From Planctomycetota bacterium (GTDB taxonomy: Bacteria > Planctomycetota > UBA1135): a stretch of 64,000 bases of DNA. Shown here piece after piece: positions 18,582 to 24,544 of this stretch. The notes under the pieces are model-generated. The model did no database searches. It was given only the letters and a program-made list of their open reading frames with translations, and was not told the origin of the DNA. Location of the stretch: the NCBI GenBank assembly GCA_027020785.1, contig JALUVI010000009.1, forward strand, positions 3,469 through 67,468. The letters are read 5' to 3'. The translations under genes were made by a program, and so were the position numbers. Positions within the stretch are counted from its first letter, which is position 1, and each line of letters begins with the position of its first letter.

Positions 18582-20776
18582 GCCGCCGCCTCCTCCGCAC
18601 GGGACTCCCCCACCGCGGGTCCGCCGCCGGCCTCACGCGGGCCGAACAGCGGGCGCCCCTGCATGTAGTCGGGGACCGGCACGCCGAACAGGTGGAGCGC
18701 AGTCGGACCGAGGTCCATGATGTCGGGCTGGTCGGTGTTGAGCGGGCGGTCGCTGAAGATCACGCCGGGCACCTCCCGCGGATCGATGCAGTGGTCGCCG
18801 GACCAGGACTTGGTGTTGTCGGAGAAGACCTCTGCGGGACAAGCCCCGGTGGCGCAATCCCACGAGTTGCGGTAGCCCCGCACATAGCCCACGAACAGGT
18901 CCGGGGCCTCGAACACGTAGGGCCCGGTGAAGATGCGCTCGGAGTCGAACACCTCGCGGAACACCTTTTCGCCGGTCTTGGGGTCGACCAGTTCGGACAG
19001 TTTGGCCCGGATCTCGTCCTTCAACTCACGCAACTCGCGCCCCTCGGCGACGATGCCGTCGCGCTCGCGGGCCTGGCGGTTGATGAAGATGCCGGTCAGG
19101 CCGAGCGAGAAGGCCCGGGTCCGCGACCAGTCGACGTCCTGGCACCAGTCGCGGCCGATGGGCTTGCCGCTGGCCTCGTCCACCGGAGCATCGTCCTTCA
19201 GGACCAGATAGCCGTGGTCCCGCAGCCAGGCATTGAGGTTGACCCCCCGCTTGAACTGGCAGAACCCGTGGTCGCTGATCACCATGAGACGGTCCTTCTT
19301 CGGATCGAGCCGCTTGCGCACCTCGGCGACCACCTCGTCGGCCAAGGCGTACGACTCGGCGATCTTGTCCTTCCCCCACTCCGTGTCCTTGCCCTCGTTG
19401 GCGGGGTGGTCGGGGTCGAGGTAGCGGTGGAACATGTGCGACACCCGATCGGTGGTGTCGAAGACGCAGACCACCGAGCCCTTCTTGGTCTTGTCGAGCG
19501 CCTCGAAGAGCTGCTTCTTGCGCTCCTCGAAGATGTGCATGGCGTAACCCCAGAAAGCCTTCTCGTCGATGACCCGCTCGTTCAACGCCCAGGTGTCCTC
19601 GGCCAGCCCCAGGGTCGCGAACGGCCCCAGTTTCTTGGCCAAGTAGATGGAGTACACCTTCGGATGCGAGATGGGCATCGCCGGGTTGCCCGGGTCGATC
19701 TGGATCGGGGTCATGTAGAGCCCGAACTCGGGGGCGGTCCCCATGCAGTAGAAGCGCACCAACCCGGTGACCTTGCCGACCACCGGCGCCGCCTGGAAGG
19801 TGAGGGTGATCCAATCGCTGTACTCGCGGACGCCGAGCTCCAGAACCTGCTGGTCGCCCTTGGGGCCGATGGTCAGGCGGATGCGACGGTTCTCCTCCAG
19901 GACGTCGATGCGCATCGGAAGGCGCATCACCGGGTTCCCCTCGACCATCGGGTTCGGCGGCCCGGCGATCGAACCGCGCAGGACGTCGCCGCTCCGACCG
20001 ACGAGGTGGACCTCGCCTCCGGCCTCCGGCCCGGCGAGGGCGGAATCGGTGGTCCAGAAGGTGAACGAGCCCTGGGTCCCGCGCAGGTCGGGCACGCACA
20101 TCCCCGCAAGGCAGACGCCGTGGAACTCGTCGGGGGGGAACGTGATCGGAACGCGGATCACGTTCGAGAAGATCTTCCGCTCGCCGAGCACCTTCCACCA
20201 GGGCTTGCCCTTGCGCAGCAACCGGATGGTCGGCTTGCCGAGCGGGATGCGGTACTTCCCGAGCTTGAGCTCCTTCTCGGACCCGCGGATGTCGGTGCTC
20301 GACAGCACCGGCAGGTAGGTGCAGGGGTCGCGGGTGATGAAGTCGAAGATGTTGTGCCGGGAGGCATCGGTGCCGGTCGCGAAACTGGACCAGGCCACCG
20401 GGCTCATCGAGGGATAGCTCGACTGCAACGGCTTGAAGTCGCCCTCCTCGGCGAGTGCCGCAAGGTTGGGCATCCTCCCCTCGTCCATGTAGCGGCGGGC
20501 CAGTTGCGGGTCCATCCCGTCGAAGCCGAGGATGACCAGGCGGCGGGTGTCTCCCTTGATGCGACCGGTACCGGTGACCGCACGCCACACCATCTTGAGC
20601 GGGAACAGCAGCAGGATGCCGACCGCCAGGAACAGGGACCCGAGCAGCACCGCCCCTCCGGAGAGGAAGGCGAAACCGGCGCCCGGGCCGATGTAGGCGG
20701 CGGCCGGGGCCGGCGTGGCCAGCCACGCCGCGAGGACGGCGCCGGCGCCGGCGAGGGGTCGGAGGAGCTTCCGCAT
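18578..20776 (-). CDS. Alkaline-phosphatase/NPP superfamily membrane-anchored protein (about 732-747 aa)
   Basis: 'AYIGPGAGFAFL' sits in an N-terminal hydrophobic region. Motifs are 'ILGFDGMDPQL', 'PSMSPVAWSSFATG', 'ISDHGFCQFKR' and 'WSGDHCIDP'. The start is ambiguous (20776, 20794 or 20821). The stop overlaps the next gene's start (ATGA). Confidence 0.75.
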   Translation of the reverse strand: MRKLLRPLAGAGAVLAAWLATPAPAAAYIGPGAGFAFLSGGAVLLGSLFLAVGILLLFPLKMVWRAVTGTGRIKGDTRRLVILGFDGMDPQLARRYMDEGRMPNLAALAEEGDFKPLQSSYPSMSPVAWSSFATGTDASRHNIFDFITRDPCTYLPVLSSTDIRGSEKELKLGKYRIPLGKPTIRLLRKGKPWWKVLGERKIFSNVIRVPITFPPDEFHGVCLAGMCVPDLRGTQGSFTFWTTDSALAGPEAGGEVHLVGRSGDVLRGSIAGPPNPMVEGNPVMRLPMRIDVLEENRRIRLTIGPKGDQQVLELGVREYSDWITLTFQAAPVVGKVTGLVRFYCMGTAPEFGLYMTPIQIDPGNPAMPISHPKVYSIYLAKKLGPFATLGLAEDTWALNERVIDEKAFWGYAMHIFEERKKQLFEALDKTKKGSVVCVFDTTDRVSHMFHRYLDPDHPANEGKDTEWGKDKIAESYALADEVVAEVRKRLDPKKDRLMVISDHGFCQFKRGVNLNAWLRDHGYLVLKDDAPVDEASGKPIGRDWCQDVDWSRTRAFSLGLTGIFINRQARERDGIVAEGRELRELKDEIRAKLSELVDPKTGEKVFREVFDSERIFTGPYVFEAPDLFVGYVRGYRNSWDCATGACPAEVFSDNTKSWSGDHCIDPREVPGVIFSDRPLNTDQPDIMDLGPTALHLFGVPVPDYMQGRPLFGPREAGGGPAVGESRAEEAAA

Positions 20777-20852
20777 GGGGGCGGTTCCCGTCATTCTGGG
20801 ACGGTGGAGGCGGCGCCGCAAGGGAAGACCCCGGCGCCGCCCCCGACCCTCG

Positions 20853-21407
20853 TCAGGAAGCGGCGGGCGCTTCGACCGGGATGTAGCCCTTCTCCTCGAG
20901 CCAGGACAGGATCACGTTCAGCGACTCCTCGGGGTCCTGGGTCTCGGAGTTGACCTTGATCTCGGGGTTCTCCGGGGCTTCGTACGGATCCGAGATCCCG
21001 GTGAAGTTCTTGATCTCGCCGGCCAGGGCCTTCTCGTAGAGCCCCTTGACGTCGCGGCGGGTCAGCTCCTCGATCGAGCACTCGGCGTAGATCTCGACGA
21101 AGTCGCGGCACATCGCACGCACCTGGTTGCGGACCTCGGCGTAGGGCGAGATCGCAGCGGTGATGGCGATGACTCCGTTGCGCGACAGCAGCTTGGCGAC
21201 GTAGCCGATGCGGCGGATGTTGGTGTCGCGGTCTTCCTTGGAGAAACCGAGACCCTTGGACAGGTTCTCGCGAACCTCGTCGCCGTCGAGCACCTCGACC
21301 TTGCAACCGCGCTTGCGCAGTTCGCCTTCGAGCATGCGGGAGAGAGTGGACTTGCCGGAGCCCGAGAGCCCGGTGAACCAAAGGACGCAACCCTTGTGGT
21401 CGGTCAT
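20853..21407 (-). CDS. cysC: Adenylyl-sulfate (APS) kinase
   Basis: The P-loop is 'GLSGSGKST'. 'LDGDEVRENLSKGLGFSKEDRDTNIRR' is a classic CysC motif. The length is 184 aa. Confidence 0.95.
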   Translation of the reverse strand: MTDHKGCVLWFTGLSGSGKSTLSRMLEGELRKRGCKVEVLDGDEVRENLSKGLGFSKEDRDTNIRRIGYVAKLLSRNGVIAITAAISPYAEVRNQVRAMCRDFVEIYAECSIEELTRRDVKGLYEKALAGEIKNFTGISDPYEAPENPEIKVNSETQDPEESLNVILSWLEEKGYIPVEAPAAS

Positions 21408-21460
21408 GACGTTGTGCAGTGGGATGGAGGTCGTTGGGGGTGGGAGGAGGAAGGCGCCGC

Positions 21461-22378
21461 TCAGCGGATCTTGCCCTCCAGGAAGGGCACTTCGAAGACC
21501 TTCTCGTGCATGATCGGGCCGTGACCGAAGTAGCCGGACTCGCCGAACAGCTCACCGTGGTCGGCTGTGACGATGATCCAGGTGTCCTTCGGAACCATGT
21601 CGTAGAGCCGCGGGAACACCTCACGGTCGAGATAGCGCACGGTCTCGATCTGACGCTGGCGGCACTTCTCGATCATCTCCATGTCCATGAAGTCGCCGGC
21701 CTCGTTGGCCGAGACCAGGTTGCCCTGCTCGTCGATCTCGCGGTCGAGCTTGCGGAAGATGCCGTTGACGCCGCTGATGTGAGGCAGGTCGTTCTTGTCC
21801 TCGTCGGGCAGCGCGTAGGGGTAGTGGGTCTCACCGACGTTCATCAGGTAGAACTGCGGCTGGTTGCCCTTGAGCCCCTTGCTCGGACGCTCCTTCTGGT
21901 GCGACTCGATGTCGTCGAGCATCGCCATCATGTCGTTGTGCTTCGGCATCAGCTTGAAGCTGTCGAAGTCCCGGTTGATCCCCGTGGCCGGATTCAACAC
22001 CGGCAGCGACACCATGGCGTGGCATTCGTACCCCTTCTTCTTGAGGAAGGTCGGCAACCACAAGTGAGGGATCATGGCCTCGAAGCCCGCCTGGTCCACG
22101 CCGAGCCGGTCCTTGAACTTGTACAGGTCCTCCTTGTAGTACTCGGAGGCGTACACCTTCTCGGGGCTGGTGTGGGGCACCAGGCCGGTCAGCAGGTTGT
22201 AGTGACTCGGTGCGGTCCAGCTGGCGTAGGTCCAGCGCGACTCGACGTTCTCGAGCCCGCCGCAGAGCTTGGCGATGTTCTCGGGCTCGGCCGCCATGAA
22301 GCTGTCGTAGCGGCACGAGTCGAGGGTGATGACGAGCAGGTGGTTCAGCTCGCGTTTCTTGCCGAAGATTCCGAACAT
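21461..22378 (-). CDS. Small AP/NPP-fold metalloenzyme (305 aa) with no signal peptide
   Basis: 'LLVITLDSCRYDSF' is the metal-site Asp region. 'SWTAPSHYNLLTG' resembles the NPP 'TFPNH..TG' Thr-nucleophile motif. 'VTADHGELFGESGYFGHG' is the distal metal site. No N-terminal hydrophobic segment is present. Confidence 0.65.
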   Translation of the reverse strand: MFGIFGKKRELNHLLVITLDSCRYDSFMAAEPENIAKLCGGLENVESRWTYASWTAPSHYNLLTGLVPHTSPEKVYASEYYKEDLYKFKDRLGVDQAGFEAMIPHLWLPTFLKKKGYECHAMVSLPVLNPATGINRDFDSFKLMPKHNDMMAMLDDIESHQKERPSKGLKGNQPQFYLMNVGETHYPYALPDEDKNDLPHISGVNGIFRKLDREIDEQGNLVSANEAGDFMDMEMIEKCRQRQIETVRYLDREVFPRLYDMVPKDTWIIVTADHGELFGESGYFGHGPIMHEKVFEVPFLEGKIR

Positions 22379-22400
22379 GGTCTCGCGTCAGGAAGGCCAA

Positions 22401-23558
22401 TCAGACGCCGGCGCCGCGCTTGGCGTAGGCGTCGATCAGGATGTCGGCGACCTCCGGGCGGGTGAACTCCGCCGGCGGACGCTCGCCCTTGGACAGCATC
22501 TCGCGCACCTTGGTGCCCGACAGGAAGATGCGGTCCTCGGGGCCGGCGGGGCTCGACTTGGTGGTCGCCATGCCGCCGGTCAGCTTGCAGTAGAAGGCGT
22601 GCTCGAAGCGCAGGGTCTGGATCTCGAGGTCGTCACCGAGGTCGTCGAAGATCTGCTGCGCGTCGAAGGTGCCGTAGTAGTCGCCGACACCGGCGTGGTC
22701 GCGCCCGATGATGATGTGGGTGCAGCCATAGTTCTGGCGGCAGATGGCGTGCAGCACGGCCTCGCGCGGCCCGCCGTAGCGCATCGCTTGGGGGTACACC
22801 GCGAGCAGGGTGCGGTCCATCGGGTAGTACTTCTCGAGCAGCACCTGGTAGCACTGCATCCGCACCTCGCTCGGGACGTCGTCGGACTTGGTGTCCCCCA
22901 CCAGCGGGTGGACGAGGAGGCCGTCGGTCTGCTCCAGGGCGACCTTGGTCAGGTACTCGTGGGCGCGGTGGATGGGGTTGCGGGTCTGGAAGGCGCTGAC
23001 CGTGTTCCAACCGCGCTCGGCGAAGGCGGCGCGGGTCTGCGCCGGCGTCAGCCGATGCTCGAGGAAGTTCTCGTGGCGCGGCAGCGCCACGACTTCGATC
23101 GGGCCGCCGAGGTACCACGACCCGCTGGACTGCAGGTAACCCCAGGCCGGGTGGTTCTCGTCGCCGCGGAAGCAGGCCTGCAGCTCGCGCTGCTTGTCGG
23201 GCTGCCACTTGCTCTCGACGGTCATCACGCCGAGCAGCGCACCGTCGGCGTCGCGCAGCGCGACCCGGTCGCCCTCGGCCACGGCGGCGACCTCCTCGTC
23301 GGTGGCGGACAGCACCACCGGCAGCGGCCACAGCGTGCCGTTCGCGAGCCGCATCCCCTCCACCACGCCTTCGTAGTCGGCCTGGTTCAGGAACCCGGTG
23401 AGCGGGCTCATCGCTCCGGTCGCGATCATCTCCAGGTCGGAGCGCTCGCGCGAATCGAGGGTGACGGAAGGCAGGCTCTCGGCCTGGGCGAGGAGGGCGT
23501 CGCGGGCCTCGTCGGAGACGAGACGGTCCACGAGGGTGCCACCGTGGGGCTGGATCAT
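22401..23558 (-). CDS. sat: Sulfate adenylyltransferase (homo-oligomeric ATP sulfurylase)
   Basis: The start is the ATG at 23558 ('MIQPHGGTLV'). Motifs are 'QTRNPIHRAHE' and 'IIGRDHAGVG'. The upstream 301 codons of listed ORF 22401..24461 are read-through. Confidence 0.95.
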   Translation of the reverse strand: MIQPHGGTLVDRLVSDEARDALLAQAESLPSVTLDSRERSDLEMIATGAMSPLTGFLNQADYEGVVEGMRLANGTLWPLPVVLSATDEEVAAVAEGDRVALRDADGALLGVMTVESKWQPDKQRELQACFRGDENHPAWGYLQSSGSWYLGGPIEVVALPRHENFLEHRLTPAQTRAAFAERGWNTVSAFQTRNPIHRAHEYLTKVALEQTDGLLVHPLVGDTKSDDVPSEVRMQCYQVLLEKYYPMDRTLLAVYPQAMRYGGPREAVLHAICRQNYGCTHIIIGRDHAGVGDYYGTFDAQQIFDDLGDDLEIQTLRFEHAFYCKLTGGMATTKSSPAGPEDRIFLSGTKVREMLSKGERPPAEFTRPEVADILIDAYAKRGAGV

Positions 23559-23593
23559 GACGGACTGGGGCTCGGGGTCTGGGATGGAGTGGG

Positions 23594-23830
23594 CTACAGG
23601 TAGCCGAGGTTCTTCAGGCGCTGCCGGACCGCCTCCAGTTCCTCCGGCGTGAACTCGCGCTCCTCCGGAGCGACGTCGGGCTGGCTGGTCTCCACGTGCG
23701 AGACCAGGTCGCGCAGGACGAACACGACGAAGTCCGTGGGCGACGAGAAGCCGGAGTTCTCGATCACCTGTTGGATCCTCCGGTAGAGGGGCCGGGGGAT
23801 CTTGACGGTGACGCGGGGTTCCTTGAGCAT
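23594..23830 (-). CDS. Small ribbon-helix-helix (CopG/Arc-like) protein, copy A, with a C-terminal 'LGYL' tail
   Basis: 'VTVKIPRPLYRRIQQVIENSGFSSPTDFVVFVLRDLV' fits an RHH pattern. I prefer the ATG at 23830 over 23884, which lies inside the phased upstream repeats. Confidence 0.65.
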   Translation of the reverse strand: MLKEPRVTVKIPRPLYRRIQQVIENSGFSSPTDFVVFVLRDLVSHVETSQPDVAPEEREFTPEELEAVRQRLKNLGYL

Positions 23831-23875
23831 GACGGGGGAGGCGGACGCAGGAGGTCGCACAGGATACCCCGAGGA

Positions 23876-23914
23876 GAGTGTCATGGGAGTGTGATTGGAG
23901 TCTTTTCCGAGTGT
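23876..23914. promoter_or_regulatory. Four phased hexamers (GAGTGT x3, GAGTCT x1) at exact 11-bp spacing; candidate operator
   Basis: The hexamers start at 23876, 23887, 23898 and 23909. They lie in the 203-nt divergent region between RHH-A (start 23830, minus strand) and the lipoprotein gene (start 24034, plus strand). Confidence 0.4.
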
Positions 23915-24033
23915 CCCGGCCGCGACGGCCCTCTATCGGCCCCGCGGACCCGCCGCCTTGAGGCGCCGCCAGCTCCGAGCTCCCCTCCAGGGAAGGCCTC
24001 GTCGGCTCCCGGCGCGGAGTAGAATCCTCCGCC

Positions 24034-24540
24034 ATGCGCGCAGCCCACGCCCTGCTCATCCCCCTCCTCGCCCTGGCCCCGGCCCTGACGGCCTGCGGCG
24101 GTTCCGCCGAGCCGACCTGGGCGGACACCGCCGAGGCCATGGACGCCGGCCAGATGGCCGCTGCCGCGGGGGACGTCGAGACCGCCATCGCCGCCTTCCA
24201 GCAGGCCGCCCAGGACCCCGATCCCGCGACCCGGGCCGTCGCGCTCACCTCCCTGTTCGAGGTCGCCACGGCCAACGGCCGGCTCGAGGTGGCCCGAGAG
24301 GCGCTGACCGCGCTCCAGGCCCTGGGGCCGCAGGTGGTGACCGTCGAGGCCCTCGACGCCCTGTCCGCCGCCGTCGTGGCCACGCGCGACGCCGACCTCG
24401 TCGAAGAGTTCGTCCAGGTCGCCCTCGAGATGCACCCCGATGCCCAGGACGTCTTCGCCAACGAACTCAGCGTGGCGGAGAAGCTCCGCCTGGAGGGACC
24501 GGACGCCGACCTCTCCTCGCTGGGCTACGCCGGCGACTGA
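24034..24540 (+). CDS. Hypothetical Ala-rich lipoprotein (168 aa)
   Basis: It has a signal peptide with lipobox 'LTAC' and helical, TPR-like composition. I recognise no family. Confidence 0.5.
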   Translation: MRAAHALLIPLLALAPALTACGGSAEPTWADTAEAMDAGQMAAAAGDVETAIAAFQQAAQDPDPATRAVALTSLFEVATANGRLEVAREALTALQALGPQVVTVEALDALSAAVVATRDADLVEEFVQVALEMHPDAQDVFANELSVAEKLRLEGPDADLSSLGYAGD

Positions 24541-24544
24541 CCGC

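Noticed and set aside
14496-18668. Giant 1390-aa plus-strand ORF. Similar giants are 34596..39374 (+, 1592 aa), 42792..47075 (+, 1427 aa), 10804..13821 (+), 60185..63223 (+), 6053..8755 (+), 50832..54422 (+) and 25779..28862 (-).
   Set aside because: All of them run antisense to, or out of frame with, genes that have strong family motifs such as the symporter, AP/NPP genes, fusA, lon, the S8 protease and metG. Their translations are Arg/Gly/Pro/Ala/Asp low-complexity sequence with no motifs. This is the expected stop-codon-poor shadow in very GC-rich DNA.
24034-24540. The lipoprotein C terminus 'DLSSLGYAGD' resembles the LGY tail of the two RHH proteins.
   Set aside because: Only three residues are shared and the context differs: an exported Ala-rich lipoprotein against small cytoplasmic DNA-binding proteins. 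I treat this as probable coincidence and do not use it as evidence.
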